From Candidatus Saccharimonadota bacterium (lineage in GTDB: Bacteria > Patescibacteriota > Saccharimonadia > Saccharimonadales > UBA10212): 64,000 bases of DNA. The notes beneath the pieces are model-generated. The model saw nothing but the letters and a program-made list of their open reading frames with translations, searched no databases and was not told the DNA's origin. The translations under genes and the position numbers were made by a program. The DNA lies in assembly GCA_025934715.1 (NCBI GenBank), contig JAICWR010000002.1, forward strand, positions 152 through 64,151, written 5' to 3'. Position 1 is the stretch's first letter. Each line of letters begins with the position of its first letter. Shown piece by piece: positions 55,568 through 64,000 of this stretch.

Positions 55568-56229
55568 GTGTCAGGCGCAGCCAACTGGGCTTCACCATCA
55601 CCGAGCTGGTCATTGCGATCACGGTGGCCGGTATTCTGGCCGGCGCCATTTTCGTAGCGACCTTCGATTATTACGCCGACGTCAACCGCTCCCAGGTGGC
55701 CACAGACGAAGCTTTGTCGTCGCAATCCATCTTAAACCAGATGACCAGTGATATCCGACTGGCGGACGCCATATCCAGCACCAACACTATCACCGACCCC
55801 AATGCACCGGCTGGCGGCTGGGTGACCAGTAACCCCAGCAATGTGATCATCATCGAAAGCCCGGCGACAGATTCTAGCCGTAATATCATCTACAATCCTG
55901 ACACCGGGTTCCCATACCGCAACGAGTTCATCTACTTTGTCAGCGGCAGCAGTATGTACAAGCGGGTTCTGGCTAACACATCGGCGCCCGGCAACACCGC
56001 CGTCACCACCTGTCCGCAATCCCTGTCCAGCCCAACCTGCCCGCCCGACGCCCTCTTCAGCGACCATGTCAATAATCTAAGTTTCACGTTCTACGACTCA
56101 TCCGATAATAGCACCTCGGATGCCACCAAGGCCCGTTCTGTGCTGCTCGACGTGAACCTGGGACAGAAGGTGTATGGCAGAGACGTGACATTGAGCAACC
56201 AAGCCAGAATCACACTGAGGAACCAATGA
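55564..56229 (+). CDS. Type IV minor pilin (PilW/GspJ-like)
   Basis: 'LGFTITELVIAITVAGILAGAIF' prepilin motif. Confidence 0.75.
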   Translation: MSVRRSQLGFTITELVIAITVAGILAGAIFVATFDYYADVNRSQVATDEALSSQSILNQMTSDIRLADAISSTNTITDPNAPAGGWVTSNPSNVIIIESPATDSSRNIIYNPDTGFPYRNEFIYFVSGSSMYKRVLANTSAPGNTAVTTCPQSLSSPTCPPDALFSDHVNNLSFTFYDSSDNSTSDATKARSVLLDVNLGQKVYGRDVTLSNQARITLRNQ

Positions 56230-57656
56230 TGAAACTGGCTAACTCAAATTATTTTAGGATAAGAGCCAAGCCGCAGGACGGTTTTATCTTACCCGTGCTG
56301 CTGGTTACCGGTGTGATGCTGGTCTTGATGATCATCGCTATCACCAGTGAATCGGTGACCAACCAGACGGCTGCCGAACACGATTACTACGCCACGGAGG
56401 CCCAGCTGGCGGCCGACGCTGGGCTCGATGAAGCCATGCACGAGATGAACACCCAGACCGGTTGGACCGGGACCGGCGGCGATGTGACATTGCTAAATGA
56501 TGCCGCCCGCAACCTCAAAACCACCTACAACGTGGTGGTTAATGACGGCGGCGATAGTATCGATAAGACCTTGGTGGTGACCGCCAAAACCTATTTCCCG
56601 GCCAGCGCCACCAGCCCTAAAGTCACCCGCAAGTACGCCATGGATATCCAAGCAGTGACAACTGGGACCGGCGCTGCTTCGGTCGTCACCGGTGTCGGAG
56701 GTCTAGTCATGAACGGCAATTCTAAAGTATCAGGCGGCGACGTGATCGTGGACGGAACCATCACTATGAGCAACAATTCCCAAATCGGATTAAGCACAAA
56801 TCCCGTAAACGTCCGGGTAGCTGACCAAGCATGCCCCAAGCCGGCCGATAGTACCTACCCCCAGGTTTGCTCCGGCGGCGGCCAGCCAATCACGATGGGC
56901 ACAACCAGTTTTATATACGGAAATGTCCAGGCTAAAAACCAGACGACCGGCACTAACATGTTGAACCCTGGGCTGGTGGCTTGTTCGGGAACCAGCTGCG
57001 ACCCCGTGCCGATGCCATCTTTTGACCGTACCGGCTTCAAAAACACTGTGAACGGGTCCGGACAGACCATGACTGGTGCCGCTGCCTCAAATTGCCCCAA
57101 CGGTGGTACCATCAGCTGGCCGGCTAATGTTAAAATCACCGGCAACGTCAGCATCCAAAACAAATGCACCATCAAAATAAACGGCAATGTCTGGGTTACT
57201 GGTTCCGTTGCCATCCAAAATAACGCCAACTTCGTTGTCCAAGATTCGGTTGGCACTACCTATCCTGACGTGGTTGTCGATGGCCAAAGCGGCTTTATTA
57301 TTGGCAACAAGGGCTCGATAACCCCCAACAGCCAAGGTACAAGCATGGAGGTGCTGACTTTTTGGAGCAGTGGAGCATGTTCGCCAGATTGTAGCAGTGT
57401 TACAGGCACCAGTCTTTATAGTAGCCAGCAGGCTACTACCATTAATCTCAGTAATACCGGCTCGGCGCCAGGCGCGATTTTATATGCTTATTGGTCCGAG
57501 GTGCAGCTGAGCAATAATGGATCGCTTGGGGCGGTTTCCGGACAAACGGTTTCTCTGGGCAACAATGCCGTAATAACGTTTGGGACGGCCGTTCCTGGTA
57601 GCGACAATCAAATCACCACCTGGGTCAAGCGTGGTTACATGCGGCAGTATAACTAG
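56226..57656 (+). CDS. PilX-like pilus-associated protein (N-terminal TM, large Thr/Gly/Asn-rich extracellular domain)
   Basis: PilX_N-type N-terminus (GFILPVLLVTGVMLVLMIIAI) without a canonical prepilin cleavage motif; parallel-beta-helix-like repeats. Confidence 0.55.
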   Translation: MMKLANSNYFRIRAKPQDGFILPVLLVTGVMLVLMIIAITSESVTNQTAAEHDYYATEAQLAADAGLDEAMHEMNTQTGWTGTGGDVTLLNDAARNLKTTYNVVVNDGGDSIDKTLVVTAKTYFPASATSPKVTRKYAMDIQAVTTGTGAASVVTGVGGLVMNGNSKVSGGDVIVDGTITMSNNSQIGLSTNPVNVRVADQACPKPADSTYPQVCSGGGQPITMGTTSFIYGNVQAKNQTTGTNMLNPGLVACSGTSCDPVPMPSFDRTGFKNTVNGSGQTMTGAAASNCPNGGTISWPANVKITGNVSIQNKCTIKINGNVWVTGSVAIQNNANFVVQDSVGTTYPDVVVDGQSGFIIGNKGSITPNSQGTSMEVLTFWSSGACSPDCSSVTGTSLYSSQQATTINLSNTGSAPGAILYAYWSEVQLSNNGSLGAVSGQTVSLGNNAVITFGTAVPGSDNQITTWVKRGYMRQYN

Positions 57657-57731
57657 GGTCAAAACACCTTATTTGTGATATACTCAGCCTGAAACGCAAC
57701 GGTAACTAAGAGTGGGCCAAAATAAAGACCA

Positions 57732-58808
57732 ATGAACTTGAACGAGATTTTCTACCACGATAAGCCGTTGTTTGGTTTGGATATCGGCCACTCCAGCATT
57801 AAAGCGATGCAGGTGGATAAAGTGGGCGGCAATACTACGGTCATATCGGGCTACAGCCTCAGCAGCTTTGCGCCCGGGGCCGTGCGTAACGGTGAAATAA
57901 TCAAGCCCGAAGTCCTGGCGGAAGCCATCCACAATCTATTTGAAAAAAGTTTGGTTGGCGCAATTAACAGCCGGCGGGTGGCCTGCGCTTTGCCCACTTC
58001 CCACACCTTCAGCCGGCCGATGAAACTGCCGCCGATGGACCAGCACGACATAGTCGAGGCCACCCAGCTGGAGGCCAGCCAGTATATTCCCGTGCCGATT
58101 GACAGTCTATATTTGGATTACGAAGTCACCAGCCGCAGCCAACAGGGGCTTGAAGTGCTGCTGGTCGCCACCCCCCGCAAAATCGTCGACAGCTATATGA
58201 ACCTTCTCAAATCCTTAAAGCTCGAACCCGTGGTCTTTGAACCCAGTATCAACGCGGCCTCTCGGTTGCTACAGATGGCCGGTAAGGCCGCCGCCGAACC
58301 GTCAATTTTGGTTGATATCGGCTCGGTGACCACCGATTTAGCCGTGTTTGACAGAACGCTACTGGTGTCGAGCACTATTAATGCCGGAGGCGACACTATC
58401 ACGGACTTGATCGCCAGAAACCTGCACATGTCTGAAAAACAGGCCTCGGAGCTGAAAAACCAATACGGCATCGCCTTCAGCGAGAAGCAACAGAGGATCG
58501 TCGACGCCATCAAGTCCCAGCTTGACAACCTGGTGCGCGAGATCCAAAAATCCATCCGTTATCATAGCGAACGGGCCGCCCAATCCGGCAAGCACATCAC
58601 AAAGGTTATAACGCTCGGTGGCGGCGCCATGATGCCCGGCCTCAACCATTATTTGGCGATCGAGCTCAGAATGCCCTGTGAAAGCTTTGACCCCTGGCAG
58701 TTGGTGTCGTTTGGCAACCTGGCGCCGCCGGCCGAAGCCGACCGTTCAATGTATATCACCGTGGCTGGCGAATCCATCCTCGACCCTTTGGAGGTGACCC
58801 ATGATTAA
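57732..58808 (+). CDS. pilM: Type IV pilus assembly protein PilM (actin-like ATPase)
   Basis: 'LFGLDIGHSSIKAMQV', 'LVDIGSVTTDLAVF'. Confidence 0.85.
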   Translation: MNLNEIFYHDKPLFGLDIGHSSIKAMQVDKVGGNTTVISGYSLSSFAPGAVRNGEIIKPEVLAEAIHNLFEKSLVGAINSRRVACALPTSHTFSRPMKLPPMDQHDIVEATQLEASQYIPVPIDSLYLDYEVTSRSQQGLEVLLVATPRKIVDSYMNLLKSLKLEPVVFEPSINAASRLLQMAGKAAAEPSILVDIGSVTTDLAVFDRTLLVSSTINAGGDTITDLIARNLHMSEKQASELKNQYGIAFSEKQQRIVDAIKSQLDNLVREIQKSIRYHSERAAQSGKHITKVITLGGGAMMPGLNHYLAIELRMPCESFDPWQLVSFGNLAPPAEADRSMYITVAGESILDPLEVTHD

Positions 58809-59397
58809 TCTACTGCCGCCCCAACATGCCGCCGCCATAAGATACGGCCGCCAAAACTCCAAGCTGGTGACTTGGCTGGCTGGAGTTGCCGGAGCAATTA
58901 TCGTCCTAGTGTTAATCTTGGCCGGCGGCTGGTTTTACATCAACCAGCAGTCCAAAGAATTAAGGCATAACCTGGATTCAACCAACCAGCAGCTAGCGGC
59001 TCAAAACCTGAGCAAGGTCGAGGCGGACGCCAAGGAACTAACTGGTGATATCAACGTGATCGACAAGGTCCTCGGCCAGGAAATCCACTTTTCAGACCTC
59101 ATCCAGTCGCTTGGAAGTTATATGCCGCCCGGAACAGTGTTAAGCCAGCTGACGCTAAGCAACGAGGTCAGAGGTGGTCTGGACCTGAGCGTCAACGCCA
59201 AAGATTACGCCAGCGCCGCCGAAGTCGCCGTTAACCTTAACGACCCTAAAGATAACCTGTTTTCCAAGGTCGACATCGTTAACATCAACTGCGGCAACGC
59301 CGCCGACAAACAGTACCCCTGCAGCACCCAATTAAGAGTATTGTTTTCCAAGCCCGCCCAGACAAAATTCCTTAGCGCGGGGGGCGGTAAAACATGA
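58801..59397 (+). CDS. pilN: Type IV pilus assembly protein PilN
   Basis: 'MINLLPPQHAAAIRYGRQN' plus a single TM. Confidence 0.75.
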   Translation: MINLLPPQHAAAIRYGRQNSKLVTWLAGVAGAIIVLVLILAGGWFYINQQSKELRHNLDSTNQQLAAQNLSKVEADAKELTGDINVIDKVLGQEIHFSDLIQSLGSYMPPGTVLSQLTLSNEVRGGLDLSVNAKDYASAAEVAVNLNDPKDNLFSKVDIVNINCGNAADKQYPCSTQLRVLFSKPAQTKFLSAGGGKT

Positions 59398-60044
59398 AGC
59401 CGTTGAAAATCGAATTCAATAGTAAGATATTCCGGCTGATTTTAAGCGTGCTGCTAGTGCTGCTGGGCATCGGATTTTTCGCCACCGCTTTCCACGGAAT
59501 CTCTTTGCTAGAGAAGAAGAGCGGCGAGATGGTGCAGCTGAAGTCGCAAAGCCAGTCGGCCCAAACCCAGCTGAACAACCTGCAAATAGCCAAGAAAGAA
59601 GTCAAAAAATATTCATACTTCAAGGCGGTCGCAAACACTGTCATACCTAGCGACAAGGACCAGGCGGAGGCTGTTTTGGAAATCTACCAGCTGGCCAGCC
59701 AGTCCGGCATCGCCATCCAGAGCGTCACCTTTCCCGCCAGCACCCTAGGCTCTTCGATTGCCGAAAGCGCCACCAGTTCAGCGGCCAGCAAGGACGTCCT
59801 GACCCAGGCCAAGCCGGTGCCAGGCATCCCCGGGCTATACAGCCTGCAGCTGACCATTACGCCCCAGGTAGGCAACACCGTGCCGGCGAGCCAGCAAGTG
59901 ACCTACGATAAGATGCTTAAGTTCTTCAGGCTTATCGAGAACAACCGGCACACGGCCCAAATCACCCAAGTCCAAATTGAACCGGCCCAGGGTAATTTAG
60001 GGCTATCCTTCGTTTTGACAATTAATATATTCATCAAGCCATGA
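59394..60044 (+). CDS. pilO: Type IV pilus assembly protein PilO
   Basis: N-terminal TM then a coiled coil; operon position after pilN with a 4-bp overlap. Confidence 0.65.
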   Translation: MKPLKIEFNSKIFRLILSVLLVLLGIGFFATAFHGISLLEKKSGEMVQLKSQSQSAQTQLNNLQIAKKEVKKYSYFKAVANTVIPSDKDQAEAVLEIYQLASQSGIAIQSVTFPASTLGSSIAESATSSAASKDVLTQAKPVPGIPGLYSLQLTITPQVGNTVPASQQVTYDKMLKFFRLIENNRHTAQITQVQIEPAQGNLGLSFVLTINIFIKP

Positions 60045-60346
60045 ACAAGGGACTAAACTTAAAATCAATCGACTTCAAGGGACTGGGCACCAAATATGCT
60101 AAGCAGTATGGTAAGCATATGGCTTTCGCCGCCGTCATTATCGTGCTGCTGGTATACGTACTGGTAGTGGCCAAGATTAGCGCCCTGTCTAAAGCCGAGC
60201 CCAGTTCCAGCCAGACGGTCGACACCAACAGCCTGGTGCCGCGGGTCAATCAGCAGGCGATCAACCGGATCCAGGCACTGGAGAACAACAGCCCACAGAT
60301 TCATAGCCTGTTCGAACAAGCCCGCAATAACCCGTTCCAAGAATAA
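60041..60346 (+). CDS. Small membrane protein, pilus-operon-associated (PilP-like position)
   Basis: 101 aa, single TM; 4-bp overlap with pilO. Confidence 0.4.
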   Translation: MNKGLNLKSIDFKGLGTKYAKQYGKHMAFAAVIIVLLVYVLVVAKISALSKAEPSSSQTVDTNSLVPRVNQQAINRIQALENNSPQIHSLFEQARNNPFQE

Positions 60347-60358
60347 ATACTTAACATG

Positions 60359-60976
60359 TTAAGTATTTTGCTTTTTCTCGTTTTCTTCCTGGATGCTCTT
60401 GGCGTAGGCCTGGCGGGCCTCTATTATCCGATCAGCTAACCCTGTCGGGTTAGGGCACAGCGTGAAGATGAAGTTATCCTCGGTGCCGGCGGTCTGGACG
60501 GTTAAGGTCCCGTAATTGAAGAGGCTGGCCAAAAAGCCCCGCTGCTCCTCGCTGACATCTTCAACGTTTGACATGCTCAGCCGCGAAACCTTTTTGATAA
60601 ATAATGTTTTTTGCAGGATCTGCACTAAACTCCTATTTGTCACCAGCAAGCGGCTCTGGCGGTATATATAGGTCGCTGTGAATAAGATAAGCCCGAGCAA
60701 AACCGCCGCGAGGATAATAATAGCGCTGACCGAAGCGGAAACGGAGACACCCGAAGAGTCGAAACTATCCGGCGACATGGCGATCACCAGAGCGACAATT
60801 GCGGCGATGGCTAAAAATGCGACCAGATAAATACCGAGTAACCCAATGACCGAACGGTGCACGACGGTCAATACGCACTCGCCGGGCTCCAGCATGTCCG
60901 CTTCGCGGTCTTTAGATATGCCAGCCAAAGGTGGCGGCGCGGCCGGCGGCTTTTGGGCTTTTTCGTCAGGCTCCAT
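60359..60976 (-). CDS. Bacterial PH-domain (YdbS/YdbT-like, DUF304) membrane protein
   Basis: Two TM helices followed by a bPH_2-like segment (FNYGTLTVQTAGTEDNFIFTLCPNPTGLADRI). Confidence 0.55.
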   Translation of the reverse strand: MEPDEKAQKPPAAPPPLAGISKDREADMLEPGECVLTVVHRSVIGLLGIYLVAFLAIAAIVALVIAMSPDSFDSSGVSVSASVSAIIILAAVLLGLILFTATYIYRQSRLLVTNRSLVQILQKTLFIKKVSRLSMSNVEDVSEEQRGFLASLFNYGTLTVQTAGTEDNFIFTLCPNPTGLADRIIEARQAYAKSIQEENEKKQNT

Positions 60977-60991
60977 TATTGGAATTATATA

Positions 60992-62017
60992 TTAAAGCAG
61001 GGTCGGCTGGCTCTTGGAGGGTTTTTTGCCTAGGTGCTGCCAAGCCCTAGGCGTCACTTTACGGCCGCGGGGCGTGCGTTCCAGCAGGCCGATTTGCATC
61101 AGGTAAGGTTCATAAAAGTCTTCGATGGTGGTGCGTTCTTCAGCGGTCAGCGCCGCTAGGGTTTCGACACCGACAGGCCCGCCGTTATGGTGTACGATGA
61201 TGGCCTCCAGTAAACCGCGGTCGGCCGGATCCAGCCCCAGGTCGTCAATTTCTAGCAGAGCCAGGGCCTGGGCGGCGATTGATTCATCGATTATGCCGTC
61301 GCCATTGATATCTGCATAATCCCTGACCCGTTTTAGCAGCCGGTTGGCTATCCGCGGTGTCAGGCGCGCCCGTTTGGCCAGTATATCGGAGGCGGTTTTA
61401 TTGATTGGGACATCCAGGATTTTAGCCGAACGGTTGATTATCCGGCTGATTTCCTCGGGCGTGTAAAACTCCAGCCGGTGGATCATGCCAAAACGGTCGC
61501 GCAGCGGCGCCGCCAGGGCGCCAGTGCGGGTGGTGGCGCCGATAATCGAGAATTTCGGCAAGTCCAGCCGCAGGCTGCGCGCACTCGGGCCTTTGCCTAG
61601 CATGATATCCAACTTGAAATCTTCCATGGCGGCGTAAAGCACCTCTTCAACGACCCGGTGCAGCCGGTGGATCTCATCAATGAATAAAATGTCTCCGTCC
61701 TGCAGGTTGGTTAACAAGCTGGCCAGGTCGCCGGCGCGTTCAATCGCCGGGCCGGAGGTTACCCGTATCTGGGCGCCCATTTCGTTAGCGATCACGGTGG
61801 CCATAGTTGTTTTGCCCAGTCCGGGCGGCCCATATAACAGAATATGGTCAATCGGCTCGCCGCGTTTTTTGGCGGCGCTGATGGCTAATTTAAGGTTCTT
61901 TTTCAACCTTTCCTGGCCGACATAATTTTTAAAATCTTTTGGCCGCAAGGTCTGTTCTAATTCCTGCTCCTCGGGCTCGTCTTTGGCCGCAGTGTTCGTG
62001 ATCCTCTCAACCGCCAT
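60992..62017 (-). CDS. ruvB: Holliday junction branch migration helicase RuvB
   Basis: '[14 protein letters not shown]' Walker A, '[10 protein letters not shown]', RuvB winged-helix C-terminus. Confidence 0.9.
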   Translation of the reverse strand: MAVERITNTAAKDEPEEQELEQTLRPKDFKNYVGQERLKKNLKLAISAAKKRGEPIDHILLYGPPGLGKTTMATVIANEMGAQIRVTSGPAIERAGDLASLLTNLQDGDILFIDEIHRLHRVVEEVLYAAMEDFKLDIMLGKGPSARSLRLDLPKFSIIGATTRTGALAAPLRDRFGMIHRLEFYTPEEISRIINRSAKILDVPINKTASDILAKRARLTPRIANRLLKRVRDYADINGDGIIDESIAAQALALLEIDDLGLDPADRGLLEAIIVHHNGGPVGVETLAALTAEERTTIEDFYEPYLMQIGLLERTPRGRKVTPRAWQHLGKKPSKSQPTLL

Positions 62018-62193
62018 AGCGCCTACGCCTTCGGCTCCGGCTTATAGGACACCCCTTCGGGGTTTCTCATCGCGCAGGCAAAATGGAAGACATTTTGTCT
62101 GGCTGCTCTTCCCGAGAAGAAAACCATAGATAGCTTACGCGCCATAAGTGTATTTTAACATTGCGCTAGTATTTATTTTGTTGTGGATTAGAG

Positions 62194-64000
62194 TCAATAC
62201 AATGATGCGGTTTTGGGCATGTGGCTGCCTTCTAGCAGCTTGATAACCTCTTGGGCCTCGACGGTTTCCTTCTCTAACAAGGCGTCTTTGAGCTCATCGA
62301 GTTTTTTCAGGTTAGACTTAAGCACAGTCCGGGCCCGGTTAGCTGCCTCTGTTATGAGTGATTCAACTTCATCATCAATGATTTTGGCCGTTTCATCGGA
62401 ATATTGCCGCTCGTGCACCAGTTTCTCCAACATGATGCCTTCGTCCTGGTGGAAGACCTGGTCGCGCAGTTTTTTGCCCATTCCCTGGTTGACGATCATG
62501 TCGCGGGCCAGTTCGGCGGCTTTTTGCAGGTCGCTGCCGGCGCCGGTAGTAACCCGGTCGTGACCGTAAACCAGTTCTTCAGCAATCCGGCCGCCCAGCA
62601 TCCGGGCCAACACATCCTTAAATTCAATGATGCTGTGATAGCTCTTATCCTCGGGCGGGATGAACCAGGTAACGCCGCCGGTGCCGCCGCGGGGGATTAT
62701 CGTCACTTTGTGCACCATATCGCTGTCCGGCAAAACATGTCCGACAACCGCGTGGCCGGCCTCGTGGTAGGCAGTTAGCTCCTTTTCTTTCTCGCTCATA
62801 ACCTTGCTCTTGCGTTCAGGGCCGATGGCGACTTTCTCAAACGCCGCCACGACATCTTCGTTTTCAACCACCTTTCGGTTATGCCTGGCGGCTAAAATCG
62901 CCGCTTCGTTGGCGATATTGGCCAGGTCGGCGCCCGATGAGCCGGCAGTTTTAGCCGCCAGGGAGTCCAAATCCACGTCTTTGGCCACCGGTTTTTCCTT
63001 AAAATGCACGCCCAAGATTTCTTTACGGGCCTGGCGGTCGGGCAGATCGATGTTGACCCGGCGGTCAAAACGCCCCGGCCGCAGTAGCGCCGGGTCAAGC
63101 ACATCGGCCCGGTTAGTGGCTGCCAGCACGATGACGTTCTGCCCCTGCTCAAAGCCGTCCATTTCAACCAGTATTTGGTTCAGTGTCTGCTCACGTTCAT
63201 CATGGCCGCCGCCCATGCCGCTGCCGCGGCGCCGGCCGACGGCATCAATTTCATCAATGAAAATAATACAGGGAGCGTTCTTTTTGGCCTTATTGAATAA
63301 ATCACGCACCCGGCTGGCTCCGACACCGACGAACATCTCGACGAACTCCGAGCCGCTGATACTAAAGAAAGGCGCATTGGCCTCGCCAGCCACTGCCCGG
63401 GCCAGCATAGTCTTGCCGGTCCCGGGCGGCCCGACCAGCAACACACCTTTAGGGATTTTGGCGCCAACTCCCTCGAATTTTTTGGGATATTTCAAAAATT
63501 CCACGACTTCTTCCAGGTCTTGCTTAGCCTCGGTGGTGTCGGCCACGTCCTTAAAAGTGACGCGGTCCTTTTCAGTGCCATACAGCCTGGCCCGGCTCTT
63601 GCCAAAACTCAAAGCCTGGTTGCCTTGGCCCTGGGCGCTGCGGAAAAGCAATATTAAGATGAACCCGATGGCCACCACCGGAAGAACGCTGCCGATTAAA
63701 GTCAGCCAGATCCCATTGCTACTGGAAGCCGGCTTATTAACGACGGTTGTCACTCCTTGCTTTAGGCCTTGCTCGTAAATACTCGAGCCAGATTCTTTAA
63801 AGGACTTTTCTGTGGCGCGGTTTTGGCCGACTGGCGTGATATCCAGCTCCTGGTCGCCATTAACGGTAATTTGTTTGATCTTGCCGGCATTGGCCTGGGA
63901 GATGACTTGAGAGAAGGGAACATTCGTCTGGGTGGTGTTGGTTTGATTAACCGCAGCGTAAATAATCAGTCCGAACAGTAGTAACAGAGCTATAAAACCG
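62194..64000 (-). CDS. ftsH: ATP-dependent zinc metalloprotease FtsH (N-terminus beyond the window edge)
   Basis: '[21 protein letters not shown]', SRH, '[13 protein letters not shown]' zinc site. The frame stays open upstream of the track's start through the periplasmic domain and TM1 ([14 protein letters not shown]) to position 64000. Confidence 0.85.
   Translation of the reverse strand, partial: GFIALLLLFGLIIYAAVNQTNTTQTNVPFSQVISQANAGKIKQITVNGDQELDITPVGQNRATEKSFKESGSSIYEQGLKQGVTTVVNKPASSSNGIWLTLIGSVLPVVAIGFILILLFRSAQGQGNQALSFGKSRARLYGTEKDRVTFKDVADTTEAKQDLEEVVEFLKYPKKFEGVGAKIPKGVLLVGPPGTGKTMLARAVAGEANAPFFSISGSEFVEMFVGVGASRVRDLFNKAKKNAPCIIFIDEIDAVGRRRGSGMGGGHDEREQTLNQILVEMDGFEQGQNVIVLAATNRADVLDPALLRPGRFDRRVNIDLPDRQARKEILGVHFKEKPVAKDVDLDSLAAKTAGSSGADLANIANEAAILAARHNRKVVENEDVVAAFEKVAIGPERKSKVMSEKEKELTAYHEAGHAVVGHVLPDSDMVHKVTIIPRGGTGGVTWFIPPEDKSYHSIIEFKDVLARMLGGRIAEELVYGHDRVTTGAGSDLQKAAELARDMIVNQGMGKKLRDQVFHQDEGIMLEKLVHERQYSDETAKIIDDEVESLITEAANRARTVLKSNLKKLDELKDALLEKETVEAQEVIKLLEGSHMPKTASLY

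Overview
This 64-kb window looks like a gene-dense, mostly ~50% GC chromosome segment from a reduced-genome Gram-positive-type bacterium, most consistent with the Candidate Phyla Radiation / Saccharibacteria (TM7). The clues are a complete type IV pilus operon, two sortases with LPXTG substrates, an archaeal-type pyruvoyl arginine decarboxylase, glycolytic and peptidoglycan-synthesis genes, and few biosynthetic genes.

**Main content**
- Housekeeping genes: ksgA, uvrD/pcrA, tpiA, pgk, murA/B/D/I, folD, glyA, rny, tsaB/E, recA/recX, ruvB, and ftsH, which is cut off at the window end.
- Eleven RNA features: ten tRNAs (Glu, Lys, Arg×3, Gly, His, Pro×2) and a pseudo-tRNA-His half.
- A two-component pair: a multi-TM sensor kinase and two tandem CheY-like receivers.
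- A nine-gene pilB-pilC-pilin-minor pilin-pilMNO operon with a near-consensus sigma70 promoter.
- A surface-protein and sortase neighbourhood.
- No rRNA, CRISPR array, integrase or prophage was seen.

**Most interesting observations**
1. Two divergent paralogous ~165-nt hairpin-rich elements (13090-13256 and 15765-15929) bracket a two-gene surface-protein cassette next to tRNA-Glu. Their central sequence is conserved, and three stems carry fully compensatory base changes. This is strong direct evidence for a conserved structured RNA of unknown class.
2. The downstream surface-protein gene in that cassette is about 60-65% GC against a ~50% background, and each element is followed by an intrinsic terminator on the minus strand.
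3. An AT-rich palindrome, TACTTAAC-N2-3-GTTAAGTA, recurs at least six times. Most copies sit between convergent gene ends, and two lie inside coding sequence where they encode ILNK(L)S.
4. An HNH endonuclease gene lies between a 5'-half tRNA-His-like fragment and an intact tRNA-His, and overlaps the tRNA start.
5. MurA carries an N-terminal XRE helix-turn-helix fusion.
6. A leaderless 58-aa LPXTG peptide sits beside a sortase.
7. A CofE-like gamma-glutamyl ligase is clustered with 5-formyl-THF cyclo-ligase and folD, which suggests an unconventional folate polyglutamylation step.
8. A single in-frame TAG splits a gene in a three-gene hypothetical cluster at the tRNA-Glu 3' flank.

**Caveats**
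- Start codons are approximate where noted.
- All functional calls come from motif recognition by eye, not database searches.
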